A stretch of 58,901 nucleotides of DNA, filler included. It is 9 parts of 9 records of this genome, joined end to end, with 100 filler letters (N's around TTAATTAATTAA, not from the genome) between each part and the next. Parts side by side here need not be neighbours in the genome. Positions count along the whole stretch, not along the records: positions 13,236 to 20,955 come from SRR31147125_136836; positions 21,056 to 26,618 come from SRR31147125_136837; positions 26,719 to 31,977 come from SRR31147125_137154; 6 more parts are not named here. One strand, 5' to 3'. Below the pieces are notes generated by a model. It searched no databases, had not been told where the DNA came from, and saw only the letters and a program-made list of their open reading frames with translations. Below are positions 19,201-29,936 of the stretch, in pieces (position 1 is the first letter of the stretch; the number at the start of each line of letters is the position of its first letter). The translations under genes were made by a program, and so were the position numbers.

Positions 19201-20955
19201 GAATGTGATCTTGTTGTCGGCGAGGTAGGTTCCTGTCACGATGGACTCTTGAGAATCATAGGCGAATTTTGCGCGAATACGGGATGTATCTGGAATTCCA
19301 AAGCCAACTCCATTCATGGTAATGAGTGTCGCACCCGTAGAGGGTCCCCATTCCATATCCAGCCCCGTAACCACAGGTGCTGCGAAATAGGTGACCGTGA
19401 CCGATGTAGACGTATACTGCTGTCCGTTCAGGGCAATGCGAAGATCCCGCGCCGTGGCAGCTGTTGACTCGGGAAGAACAAAGGAGATATTCGTCGCGCT
19501 TTCAAACGTTCCAGAGACGACATCTTCCGTTTCTCCATCTGACAACGAGACCAGAATGGGATCACCTGTTGCAATAAAGGTGCTGCCCTGGAGCATGAGG
19601 TCCTCTCCTCCATAGACAAATCCAAATGCAAAAGGTTCTATCAAGGATAGACTCGGTTCCACATAGTACTGGAAGACCAGTGCGCTGCTGTCGAATTGCT
19701 GCCCATTCAAAGCTACCCGAAGCTCGACGTCTCCCGGCGCTCCTGTTGTTGGAGAACTGCAGGCCACAGATTCCACTTGATCATCCACCACGGTGACCGT
19801 AGCAGCTGAAGTGGAGCTTCCAAAGCGACATTGAATCAAGTCAAAGTTGATGAATTCAGTGAGAGTCGATGGAAACGTTCCCGTGATCGTAACATCCGTG
19901 TCACCAGACGTCGGTCCGCCTAGGGGTGCATTCGTAGAAAGTACAGTTGCGTTGTAGTAGACGAATACCTTGCTGTTGGTGTATCGTGTATCATCGAGCA
20001 TTGCCTCCACACCCCATTCTCCTGTGTCGGCTCCTTCGGGAGTCGTGAAGGTGATTTGTTCGGAACTCACAAATGTTCCTGTGCGAATTTGTTCGGGGTG
20101 TCCCTCCTTGAAAAGACGGACCAACACAGACGTCGCATCTACGAAATTCGATCCCACAACGGTGGCAGGGGTGGATCCCGTCAGCGGTCCACCCCAAGGA
20201 GAGATTGAGGCGACAACTGGATTATCTGGAAGAAAAGGAAGTTAGTAGCTGGTGTGGTGTACACACGTATGGATGCAAAAGAACATACCCAAATAGGTGA
20301 ATTCCGTCGTCTCGAGTGAAAACTGTTGCCCATTCAAAGCAACCTCCACCGTAACCACCTCAGCAACTTCACGAGTGGGGACTTGGTCGACTCTCAGATG
20401 ACTTGCATCTACGAAAGCCGCCACCACCACACTTCCCCCAAAGGACACAGTAATTTCCCCTGTGTCCACAAAGCCTGATCCGAGAATTGTGACCGTACGG
20501 CTTCCCCAAAGGAAGGACCAATCGGGAGTCACACCTGTCACATCGGGATCCACTGTACACGCCACAAGGATTCAGTGAAAAGGCAGAAAAAGGGACACTG
20601 CACCTCTACGCACCATAGAAGGTGAAGGGAAGCGAATCACTCGAGAAATGTTGACCATCCGCAGTTCCCTCCACAGTGGATTCAAACAGAGTTCCAGGAC
20701 ACGCCGGAGATTCACATGTGAAGTTTGCAAAGTCCAACGGGGCATAGGCTTCAAGTGGAGTTCCGTCGACAACAGGATCTCCTGCGGCGGGACACGCAAA
20801 CTGACAAGCCAGATGACGTGTGTTCCTGAAATGGCCATACATCGTGATGAGGGTACCCCCGTGACCGGTCCACTTTGTGGTCCCAGGCTTGAAACAGAAG
20901 GATTGAGATACCACACTCCAGCACTGCTAGGCAAGGAAGAAACTGTTGACCGTTC
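13236..20955 (-). CDS. Giant eukaryotic surface protein (>2500 aa, both ends truncated): many IPT/TIG repeats, DUF2341-like region, reelin-like subrepeat, Cys-rich ephrin-receptor-like repeats, multi-pass TM region
   Basis: Introns 20553-20613, 20226-20288 and 18227-18281 (GT-AG on the minus strand) join the ORF-track pieces in frame. TIG hallmarks recur (P.xGP.xG.T.V.I.G; VxLNGQQF/Y). Cys repeats CxxCPxG and several hydrophobic helices lie at about 13500-14110. Confidence 0.9.
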
Positions 20956-21055
20956 NNNNNNNNNNNNNNNNNNNNNNNNNNNNNNNNNNNNNNNNNNNNT
21001 TAATTAATTAANNNNNNNNNNNNNNNNNNNNNNNNNNNNNNNNNNNNNNNNNNNN
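20956..21055. other. Artificial contig linker
   Basis: Same 100-nt linker. Confidence 0.99.
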
Positions 21056-21918
21056 AAAAAAATGGAAAACAGTTTAGCATATAGAGTAGTTCAACACGCT
21101 CTGGAAGATTTGGCTGGAAATAAAATAAGCACAATGGCTAAAAAGTTCAAAGTTAATTTTGATGAGATTTTAGAGGCTAAAAAGTTGATTGTATCTTTAG
21201 ACCCTAGGCCCGGTTCTCATTTCAGTTATGCTACAAAAGCTAAATATGTTGAACCTGATATCATTGTTGAAAAAATAAACGGAGAGTACACTGTAAGTTT
21301 AAGCAAAAACAATAACTACAACGAGCTTAACTTAAATTCATATTATACTAGTGTTCAGAAGAAAAATTACACTGAAGAGGAAGTAGAATATATAAATAAA
21401 AAAATAGAAACAGCAAGAAATATTATTAACAGCATCAAACAAAGGAATGCAACAATATTAAAAATTACTACTGAAATAGTTGAGTTTCAGAAGGATTTTT
21501 TGAAAAAGGAAGTCTTCATTTGAAACCCTTTTCTAGAAAAACAGTTGCGGAGAGTTTGAACATTCATGAATCAACTGTAAGTAGAGCTGTAAAAACTAAG
21601 ATACTCCAATGCGATAGAGGGTTAATTAAGCTAAGTTTTTTCTTTCAAAGTGGCTTAAAGTCAGCATCAGGAGATATAGTTTCTGCAGAAAGTATCAAAC
21701 AGAGGATAAGCAGTTTGATTAGCAAAGAAAACAGAACAAGACCTTTGTCAGATAATCAAATAGTGGATTCCCTGCAAAAAGAAGGATTAGAAATATCCAG
21801 GCGCTGTGTTACAAAATACAGATTAGCTATAAATATACCTTCTTCTTCAAAAAGAAAAAATATAATTAATATACTCACAAATATAAAGCTATTTTTAATA
21901 ACTTTAAAGTATTTATAA
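21056..21918 (+). CDS. rpoN: RNA polymerase sigma-54 factor, 5' truncated, one frameshift at T6 (21496-21501)
   Basis: LDPRPG, YVEPDI, HESTVSRAV, PLSDNQI and RpoN box ISRRCVTKYR. Adding one T restores DFFEKGSLHLKP. Confidence 0.9.
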
Positions 21919-22000
21919 ATTGCTTAGCAGCAATTAAATTCATGTCGTCAAGCATGTCAGATTTATTTTGACTTAAATATATATAGGAGGATACGCTATT

Positions 22001-23503
22001 ATGAAAACTATTGAAACAGATATTATTGTTGTTGCTGGTGGTCTGTCTGGACTATCTGCTGCAGTCGCTGCTGCTGAAAATGGAGCAAATGTAGTTATAT
22101 TTGAAAAATCAAACACAACTGGTGGAGCTGCAAATATGGGAATGGGTCCATTAGGAATTGGGTCTTCAGTTCAAAGACATGAGATGATTACGCTTACTCC
22201 TGGTGAGGCATTTAGAAAGCACATGCACTTCACTCACTATAGAGTTGATGCTCGTTTAGTTCGTGATTACTACTTCAAGTCAGGTGACACAATTGATTGG
22301 TTAATCGATATGGGTGTTGAGTTTTGCGGAGCACATAAAGCATTTAGTGCTACAGAAGCTACTAGAGCATATGCTGACGGTGAAGCTACTTGGCATGTTG
22401 TAAAACCAGAGAGTGGAGGAGCTCCAGGCCCTAGAAGTGCAACAGCTATGACTAAAAAACTAACTGAAAAAGCAGTTGAGCTAGGTGCAGAGATTATGTA
22501 TGAAACACCTGTTCACAAAATCTTAGTAGAAGATGGCGCTGCAGTTGGAATTTTAGCTAAAAATAAAGATGGTGAAGAGATTGAAGCAAGAGGAAATTCA
22601 GTTATTATAGCTACTGGTGGATTTGGAGATAATCCAAAGATGATTAGTGACTTAACTGGATACGAATTCGAAAAAACAATATTTAACTTTGCAATTCCAG
22701 GAATGAAAGGTGACGGTCTTAGAATGGCATGGGAAGCTGGAGCTGGTAAAATTCAACCAACTATGGAACTAATGTACCAACTGCCTGATAATATGAACCA
22801 CTTTGTACTAGACGGAGCTTTCAGACAACCTTGTTTATGGGTAAATAAACTTGGTAATAGATTTATGCCTGAAGATCAAATTGCAAATAGTACATTTACA
22901 GGAAATGCTATTACAGCGCAACCTGGTTCTGTTGCATATGCAATTATGGACAGTAAAATACTTAAAAAATACAAAAAAAGAGGTCCAGATGTTATTTCGC
23001 ATGTACATCCTCATGATCTTTACGATCATTTTGATGAACAGTGGGAAAGAGATCTGGCTGAAGGCTATGAACCAATCGCTCAAGCTGATACTTTGGAAGA
23101 ATTAGCGGAAAAAATGGGAATTGATGTAGATGGTTTACTTAAACAAGTAGAAGAATATAACGAAATGTGTGACAGTGGATTTGATGAATTGTTCGAAAAA
23201 GACAGAAAATATATGGAGCCAATTGCAAAAGCACCATTCTACATCTGTAGACTTAATGTCGGAGCTTATGGTTCTCTTGGGGGAATCTCAATTAACTATA
23301 AAACTCAAGTTATGACTGATGATGATAAAGTAATACCAGGACTATATGCTGTTGGAACAGATGCGTGTAATATTTTTAGAGATAGCTATCCATTTATTTT
23401 ACCTGGAAACACTATGGGGTTCTGTCTAAATAGTGGTCGTATCGCTGGAGAAAACGCATCGGCTGAACTAAACAGCTATGATGATTTCGACGAATACGAA
23501 TAA
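22001..23503 (+). CDS. Cytoplasmic FAD-dependent oxidoreductase of the flavocytochrome c/fumarate reductase flavoprotein (FAD_binding_2) family
   Basis: N-terminal VVAGGLSG, IIATGGF, GDGLRMAW, WVNKLGNRF, IPGLYAVG, SGRIAG. No signal peptide; SD GGAGG. Confidence 0.9.
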   Translation: MKTIETDIIVVAGGLSGLSAAVAAAENGANVVIFEKSNTTGGAANMGMGPLGIGSSVQRHEMITLTPGEAFRKHMHFTHYRVDARLVRDYYFKSGDTIDWLIDMGVEFCGAHKAFSATEATRAYADGEATWHVVKPESGGAPGPRSATAMTKKLTEKAVELGAEIMYETPVHKILVEDGAAVGILAKNKDGEEIEARGNSVIIATGGFGDNPKMISDLTGYEFEKTIFNFAIPGMKGDGLRMAWEAGAGKIQPTMELMYQLPDNMNHFVLDGAFRQPCLWVNKLGNRFMPEDQIANSTFTGNAITAQPGSVAYAIMDSKILKKYKKRGPDVISHVHPHDLYDHFDEQWERDLAEGYEPIAQADTLEELAEKMGIDVDGLLKQVEEYNEMCDSGFDELFEKDRKYMEPIAKAPFYICRLNVGAYGSLGGISINYKTQVMTDDDKVIPGLYAVGTDACNIFRDSYPFILPGNTMGFCLNSGRIAGENASAELNSYDDFDEYE

Positions 23504-23540
23504 GAATTTATATTATTTAAAGGTAAATTAAGATATAAGT

Positions 23541-23575
23541 AATCGTAGGGGCACGCTAATCCCCTACGATTTTAT
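23541..23575 (+). terminator. Intergenic hairpin (terminator or REP-like stabilising stem)
   Basis: AATCGTAGGGG-N9-CCCCTACGATT, an 11-bp perfect stem followed by only a short T run. Confidence 0.55.
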
Positions 23576-23608
23576 GATATTGTATATTTTACAAGGTGGA
23601 GGAAAAGA

Positions 23609-25687
23609 ATGAAAATCAATATTGAAAATAAAGAGATAGAGGCAAAAAAGGGCGCAACTATCCTTGAAACAGCACTTGATGCTGGCATATATATACCTCA
23701 TCTATGCAAACATCCTGATTTAGAAGCTGTCGCCGGATGTAGATTATGCGTGGTAGAGATTGAAGGGAAAGAAACAGCAGTCCCATCATGTAAAACGCAA
23801 GTTGAAGATGGAATGAATATTAAGATTAATTCTGAACTAGCAACTGCAACTAGAAATATGGCTTTAGAATTAATTTTAGCTAGTCATCCCGCTGATTGTA
23901 CTGGGTGCCCAAAATATGGTAGTTGTGAACTTCAGTCAATTTATCAATATTTAGGAGTAAGTCCTGAAGGATGGAAAATGAAATCTAGATCTGTTCCTAA
24001 CGATACCAGTAGCGGCTTAATACATCACTCTTTCACTAGATGTATCAGATGCGGAAGGTGTATCAGAGCTTGTAGAGAACTTAGAGGAGTAAAAGTTTTA
24101 GATTTTCATAAAACTGAGGATGGAGTTAGAGTTGGAATCCCTGAAGGTATGACATTAGACGAAGCTGGATGTAGATTTTGCGGTGCTTGTACGGCAGTCT
24201 GTCCTACTGGTGCTATAACAGATGCACTAGTTGAAGAGGATAAATCATATGCTGATTCAGTAGTTCCGTGTAGAGCTGCATGTCCTGCACATACTGACGT
24301 TCCTAGATATGTTAGATATATCAAAGAGGGAGAGTTTGCCAAAGCAACAGCAGTTATTAGAGAGAAAGTTCCTTTTCCTGAGATATTAGGTAGCGTATGT
24401 GACCATATATGTGAATCTGAGTGTAAAAGAAATGAGTTTGAGAACCCAATCTCTATCTGTAAATTAAAAAAATCAGCTTCCTCTTATCATGATGAAACAT
24501 GGAAAACAAGAGCGAGAAAATCAGAAGCATCTGGTAAAAAAGTTGCTGTAGTTGGAGCAGGTCCAGCTGGAATGACTTCAGCTTATTTCCTAGCTAAAAA
24601 AGGACATGATGTAACAGTTTTTGAAGCTAATAAAAAAGCTGGTGGGCAATGTAGATATGGAATTCCTTCATATAGACTTCCTGATGATGTAGTTGATGGT
24701 GAGATTCTTGGAATCTTAGAAGAGGGAGTAAAATTAGTTACAGAAACTAAAATTGAAAATCCTAAAAATTTACTTGACGAACACGATGCAGTCCTTGTAT
24801 CAGTTGGTACTCATCAAGGGAATAAACTTCCATTAGATGGAGCAGACTTAGATGGGGTTACTCTAAACACAGATTTTCTTAAAGGCGTGAGAGAACACAC
24901 TATAACTAGTCTCAAAGAGAGAGTTATGGTTCTAGGTGGAGGAAATGTTGCGTATGATTGTGCCAGATCTGCTATACGTCTAGGAGCAAAAGAGGTGCAT
25001 ATAGCATGTCTTGAAAACCTTGAAACTATGACAGCTGCGAAAGAGGAAATTGAGGAAGGTAAAGAAGAGGGGGTTATCTTACATGATGCACACTCATTCT
25101 TAAAAATTGTAGGAGATACTAAAATTGAAGGTGTTGAGATTCAAAAAGTAAGTAAGTTTGAATTTGTTGACGGGAAAGCAAACATTGAACTTGTAGAAGG
25201 TTCTAATGAAGTTATCGCTGTGGACAAAGTTATCTTTGCTGTTGGGCAAAAACCCAAGGATACTGAGTGTATGGAGCTTGAGATGCACCACGGTAATTAC
25301 ATTCAGGCAAACGAATCAGCAGAAACAAGTGTCTCTGGAATATTTGCTGCTGGTGATGTTGTAACAGGTACAAAATCTGTTATCCAAGCTATTGAAGGCG
25401 GTAGACAGAGCGCTATGGCCATTGATAAATTCCTAGGTGGAGACGGAGATATCTCTGAAAACTTAGTTGATAAAGAGGAACTAAACCCTTACATTGGAAG
25501 AATAGAAGGTTTTGCTAAAAAAAATAGAGTTGAACTTGATCTCCTTGATGCAGAAGAGAGAAAAGCAAGTTTTGCTTGCGTAGAAAAAACACTTTCCAAA
25601 GAATCTGCAATGTGTGAAGCTGACAGATGTTTCCAGTGCGATTTAAGATTAGATATGAAAAACGTAAAACTATGGAACGATTTTTAA
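23609..25687 (+). CDS. Fe-S flavoprotein: NuoG/HydA-type N-terminal Fe-S relay fused to a GltD/NfnB-like FAD/NAD(P) module
   Basis: IPHLC...CRLCVVE (2Fe-2S), HxxxCxxCxxxxxC, two CxxCxxCxxxC motifs, PCRAACPAH, VGAGPAG, LGGGNVAYD, FAAGD, EADRCFQC. Confidence 0.9.
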   Translation: MKINIENKEIEAKKGATILETALDAGIYIPHLCKHPDLEAVAGCRLCVVEIEGKETAVPSCKTQVEDGMNIKINSELATATRNMALELILASHPADCTGCPKYGSCELQSIYQYLGVSPEGWKMKSRSVPNDTSSGLIHHSFTRCIRCGRCIRACRELRGVKVLDFHKTEDGVRVGIPEGMTLDEAGCRFCGACTAVCPTGAITDALVEEDKSYADSVVPCRAACPAHTDVPRYVRYIKEGEFAKATAVIREKVPFPEILGSVCDHICESECKRNEFENPISICKLKKSASSYHDETWKTRARKSEASGKKVAVVGAGPAGMTSAYFLAKKGHDVTVFEANKKAGGQCRYGIPSYRLPDDVVDGEILGILEEGVKLVTETKIENPKNLLDEHDAVLVSVGTHQGNKLPLDGADLDGVTLNTDFLKGVREHTITSLKERVMVLGGGNVAYDCARSAIRLGAKEVHIACLENLETMTAAKEEIEEGKEEGVILHDAHSFLKIVGDTKIEGVEIQKVSKFEFVDGKANIELVEGSNEVIAVDKVIFAVGQKPKDTECMELEMHHGNYIQANESAETSVSGIFAAGDVVTGTKSVIQAIEGGRQSAMAIDKFLGGDGDISENLVDKEELNPYIGRIEGFAKKNRVELDLLDAEERKASFACVEKTLSKESAMCEADRCFQCDLRLDMKNVKLWNDF

Positions 25688-25769
25688 AAAAACATTGATT
25701 TTGGATACTTTTCGGTCACCCTGTTTTAAGTTTATATTATAGCATGAGAAATTTTGAAAGGATAAAATA

Positions 25770-26618
25770 ATGAGTGAATTATTAATATGTAATGCAATAC
25801 CAACATACAAAACTGCACCAGTATCGCTTGATATTTTGAAAAATACCACCTCTGAAATTCTAGAGTCAATTTATTCAAAAAAGGCAGAAAAAAACTATAT
25901 TATTTTAGAAAAAGATCAAAGCGAAATAGAAGAGATAATAACAAAAGAACTTGGAAATTTCAAAGAGCTTACACTTGAAATTAAGGAAGCTGATGACAAT
26001 GTTGCTTTTGTTTATTTAAATGAAAGTGCAGCGGTAAAAATATTGGAAGGAGAAAAACCTATTCCATTATCAAAGGATGATAACAATATCCTATTTACTG
26101 TTGAACAATTATTAAATAAAGAAGTAAAAACAGTCTATGTTGAAGGTAAAATCAAGAAAAGCGGCAAACATGTTTTCTCTAAAAAACTTACACCGAAGGA
26201 AATTATTGAAACGTGTGGAGCTGATGGAGAAGTCAAAGGTATTTTTCTGGGCTTCCCAGAAGGAAGATTTATAGGACAAGATAAATTCGATGAAGTTATT
26301 GAACTTAAAAGTGATCTGATTAGAGTTTTCAATGAAAAGAATTGTATGCTTACTGAGCTTAATAAAACTGCTCAAGAGTTTATAAAAGAGAGTTGTGGAA
26401 GATGTGTATTTGGATTTGAAGGTGTTACTCAAATCAATAGAATCTTAGCTGATATTATTAGAAAAAAAGGTAAAATAACAGATATCTCAAAACTGCAAAA
26501 TTTATGCAATCAAATGAGACATCAAACAGTATGTAATGTGGATCCTGTTCTTGCAACCGTAGTTGAAACTGCGCTTGAAAATTTTCATGATGAGATCACA
26601 GAGCATATCACAAAAAAA
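25770..26618 (+). CDS. Degenerate NuoF/HydB-like subunit (SLBB plus C-terminal Fe-S region), 3' truncated
   Basis: NESAAVKILEGEKPIP, VYVEGKIKKSG and KESCGRCVFGFEG...TVC. The Gly-rich NADH/FMN loop is absent. Confidence 0.75.
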
Positions 26619-26718
26619 NNNNNNNNNNNNNNNNNNNNNNNNNNNNNNNNNNNNNNNNNNNNTTAATTAATTAANNNNNNNNNNNNNNNNNNNNNNNNNN
26701 NNNNNNNNNNNNNNNNNN
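26619..26718. other. Artificial contig linker
   Basis: Same 100-nt linker. Confidence 0.99.
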
Positions 26719-28256
26719 AAAACCCGACCATTCGGAGGAGATCGCCCGGGTCAGGGAAAACGGCCTTGTGGAATCCTGCGATGTGGTCATTATCGGCGGC
26801 GGGATCTCCGGCTGTGCCGTGGCGAGGGCCCTCAGCCAATACAACCTGGATGTTGTGGTGGCGGAGAAGAACAGCGACATATCCGAGGAAGCGACCAAAG
26901 CCAACAACGGGAACATCCATCCGGGGCTGATGGCCAAACCGGGAACCCTGAAGGCGGAATTGAACCTGATCGGCAACAGGATGTACACCCGGCTGTCCGA
27001 GGATCTGGGTTTCGAACTGAAAAGACCCGGATCTCTGGTGGTCTTCTACAGTCAGAAGGAGTGGAGAATCGCGAAACTTCTGAAGTTCCTCAAGGTAACG
27101 GGACTGGGCCATCTGATCAAACCCCTAAGGCAGTTTATGAAAGTCCCGGGCCTGAAATGGCTGAAGGGCGAAGAAGTAAACAAGCTGGAACCGAATCTGA
27201 AGGGCACCCCCATCGGGGGCTTTCACATGACCACCATGGGGATCGTCGAGCCCTATGAAGTGTGCATGGCCTTTGCGGAAAACGCCGCCGCCAACGGCGT
27301 CCGGTTCAAGCTGGACACCAAGGTTCTGGACATCGTCAGGGACGGAGACCGGGTGACAGAAGTCATCACGAACCGGTCCGCCATAAAGTGCTCCTATGTC
27401 ATCAACTGCGCCGGCGTGTATGCGGATGAGATAGCCGGAATGGTGAACGACCGGTTCTATACCATTCATCCCCGGCGCGGCGCCATCGCCATCTTCGACA
27501 AAAGCCGCAAGGGATTCTTGAACACTCCGGCGGGCGTGATCAGCGGTTCCGACAGGACCAACAATACCAAGGGGGAGGCGCCAGCGTGACCCCCGAGGGG
27601 AATATGCTGTGGGGACCGACGGCCACGGAAACGCCCTTCAAGGAGGAGAAAACCGTCGAGCGGTCGGACCTGCAGTACATCATGAACCTGGGCAGCGGCA
27701 TCACCGACGAGATCAAGCAGAATGAGATCATCACCTTCTTCTCGGGAATCCGGGCGGCCGACTACAAGGAGGATTTCATCATCGAAGCCTCCGAAAAGGT
27801 CCGCGGATTCATTCATGTGGCGGGATCCAGTCCCCCGGACTGGCATCGGCGCCGGCCATCGCCCAGCGGGTCGAAAAGATCCTGCTGAGTATGGACGGGA
27901 GTATCGGAAAGAAAGCCGATTTCATCGGCACCAGAAAACCGGCCGTGTCCTTCCGGGACCTGAGCCATGAAGAGCAGGATGAGCTGATCCGGAAAAACCC
28001 GAAGTACGGCAATATCGTCTGCCGGTGTGAACTGATCACCGAGGGCGAGATCATCGATGCGGTTCACGCCCCCATTCCGGCCACCACGGTGGACGGCGTG
28101 AAACGGCGGACCAGGGCCGGCATGGGACGCTGCCAGGGAGGATTCTGCGGCCCCCGGGTTCTTGAGATCATCGCCCGGGAACTGGAAAAACCCCTGACCG
28201 GGATATCCATGAAAGGCTCGGATTCGTATGTACTGCACAGAGACAACCGCGGGTAG
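26719..28256 (+). CDS. FAD-dependent glycerol-3-phosphate dehydrogenase/L-2-hydroxyglutarate oxidase-like protein with C-terminal BFD-like 2Fe-2S domain; 5' truncated; two frameshifts
   Basis: IIGGGISG, ATKANNGNIHPG, INCAGVYAD, CRCE...RAGMGRCQGGFC. One extra G at 27571-27575 and at 27822-27824 restores KGGGASVTPEGN and GIQSPGLASAPAIA. Confidence 0.85.
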
Positions 28257-28265
28257 AAAAGGAAT

Positions 28266-29564
28266 ATGAATGTGAAAAACAGGCAGATGGATTTAGTGGT
28301 AATAGGCGGTGGTCCCGCGGGACTGGCCGCAGCTATTGAAGCCAGACGGCAGGGAATAGAAAAAATACTGATCATCGAGAGGGACAACACCCTGGGCGGC
28401 ATACTGCAGCAGTGCATCCACGACGGATTCGGACTGCACCGGTTCGGTAAGAGGCTGTCTGGCTGCGAATATGCGGACAACTTCATTGTCGAAGCGGAAG
28501 AAGCGAACATCGAAGTCGCCTACGAGACCATTGTCCTTGAGATTACCGGGGATAAAACCGTCTACGCCATGAACTCCCGGGAAGGGATCGTGGAATACCG
28601 GTGCCGGACCATCATCCTGGCCATGGGTTGCCGGGAACGGACCCGGGCCCAGGCCTTTATCTGGGGAACCAGGCCCAGCGGCGTATTAACGGCGGGTACG
28701 GTTCAGAGGTACATCAATATCGAAGGCTACCTGCCGGGGAAGAAAGCGGTCATTCTGGGGTCCGGCGATATCGGTCTGATCATGGCGCGTCGGATGACCC
28801 TGGAAGGCATCTCCGTCGAAGGGGTCTATGAACTGATGGAGTCCCCCGGCGGACTGACCCGGAATATCGCCCAGTGCCTGAACGATTACGACATCCCCAT
28901 GCACCTGGCCACAACGGTGGTCCGGATTCACGGACAGAAGAAAATCGAAGGGGTCACAGTCGCCAAAGTGGATTCCGACAGGAATGTGATCGAAGGTACC
29001 GAGCGCTACATCGAATGCGACCTGCTGGTCCTGGCGGTGGGCCTGATACCGGAGAACGAACTGACCCGGCAGCTGGAGATAGAGATAGACCCGAAAACAA
29101 AAGGCCCGGCGGTGGATGAAAACTTCATGACCTCCATGGAAGGGGTATTTGCGGCGGGCAATGTGGTGACCGTCTTCGACCTGGTGGATTATGTGTCCCT
29201 GACCGGAGAGATCGCGGGCCGGGGAGCGGCCAGGTATATCCGGGGAGAACTGGACCTCGATCAGGAACCGACACTCCTCACCCCCGGAGAGAATGTCTCC
29301 TTTGTGGTCCCCCAGCGGATCCGGACGGAGAACCTCGAATCGGAACTGCCCATCTACTTCCGGGTGACAGGCAGAAAAGAGAAGGTGGAAGTCGTAGCGG
29401 CAATGGAAGATGAGGTCTGCTACAGAAAAAAGCATCGAGTGGTGCTGCCCCCGGAGATGCTGGTGGAAACCATTGACGGCAAGGCGATTCGGGAAAACTC
29501 TGCCGGGAGTCACGGGGCGGGGAAAAAGGGTTTGAAAGTCAATGTAACGGGAAGATCATTATGA
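28266..29564 (+). CDS. NAD(P)/FAD-dependent pyridine nucleotide-disulfide oxidoreductase (partner of the GlpA-like enzyme)
   Basis: GGGPAG, GGILQQCIHDGFG, AMGCRER, GSGDIGLIMARR. Confidence 0.9.
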   Translation: MNVKNRQMDLVVIGGGPAGLAAAIEARRQGIEKILIIERDNTLGGILQQCIHDGFGLHRFGKRLSGCEYADNFIVEAEEANIEVAYETIVLEITGDKTVYAMNSREGIVEYRCRTIILAMGCRERTRAQAFIWGTRPSGVLTAGTVQRYINIEGYLPGKKAVILGSGDIGLIMARRMTLEGISVEGVYELMESPGGLTRNIAQCLNDYDIPMHLATTVVRIHGQKKIEGVTVAKVDSDRNVIEGTERYIECDLLVLAVGLIPENELTRQLEIEIDPKTKGPAVDENFMTSMEGVFAAGNVVTVFDLVDYVSLTGEIAGRGAARYIRGELDLDQEPTLLTPGENVSFVVPQRIRTENLESELPIYFRVTGRKEKVEVVAAMEDEVCYRKKHRVVLPPEMLVETIDGKAIRENSAGSHGAGKKGLKVNVTGRSL

Positions 29565-29935
29565 AGAAAGACTTTATATGCATAGTCTGTCCCGTCAGCT
29601 GCAGTCTGACGGTAGAGGAAGTCGACGGACTTTTGACGGTGAAGGGCAATCAGTGCAAACGGGGCCGGAACTTCGGAGAAAATGAATTCAGAAATCCTCA
29701 GAGGATGCTGACGACGACGATGAAAATATCGGGAGGAACGGTCAAAAGGCTGCCCGTCATCAGTACCGATGAGGTTCCGAAAGAGAAGCTGTTTGAACTG
29801 GTCCGGATGCTCTACGGGATGACCCTGCAGAGCCCGGTGAAACGCGGAGATGTTGTTGTAAAGAATATTGGGAATACGGGTGTGGATATTATTGCAACAA
29901 GAACTATAAAAAATCAAAAGAATTGTGAGGAATGA
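29561..29935 (+). CDS. DUF1667 small Cys protein
   Basis: CIVCPVSC...GNQCKRG...P.R.LTTT; the usual third gene of this triad. Confidence 0.85.
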   Translation: MKKDFICIVCPVSCSLTVEEVDGLLTVKGNQCKRGRNFGENEFRNPQRMLTTTMKISGGTVKRLPVISTDEVPKEKLFELVRMLYGMTLQSPVKRGDVVVKNIGNTGVDIIATRTIKNQKNCEE

Positions 29936-29936
29936 G

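Noticed and set aside
21905-21925. Canonical sigma-54 promoter using TTGCT at 21920
   Set aside because: There is no GG at the required -24 position.
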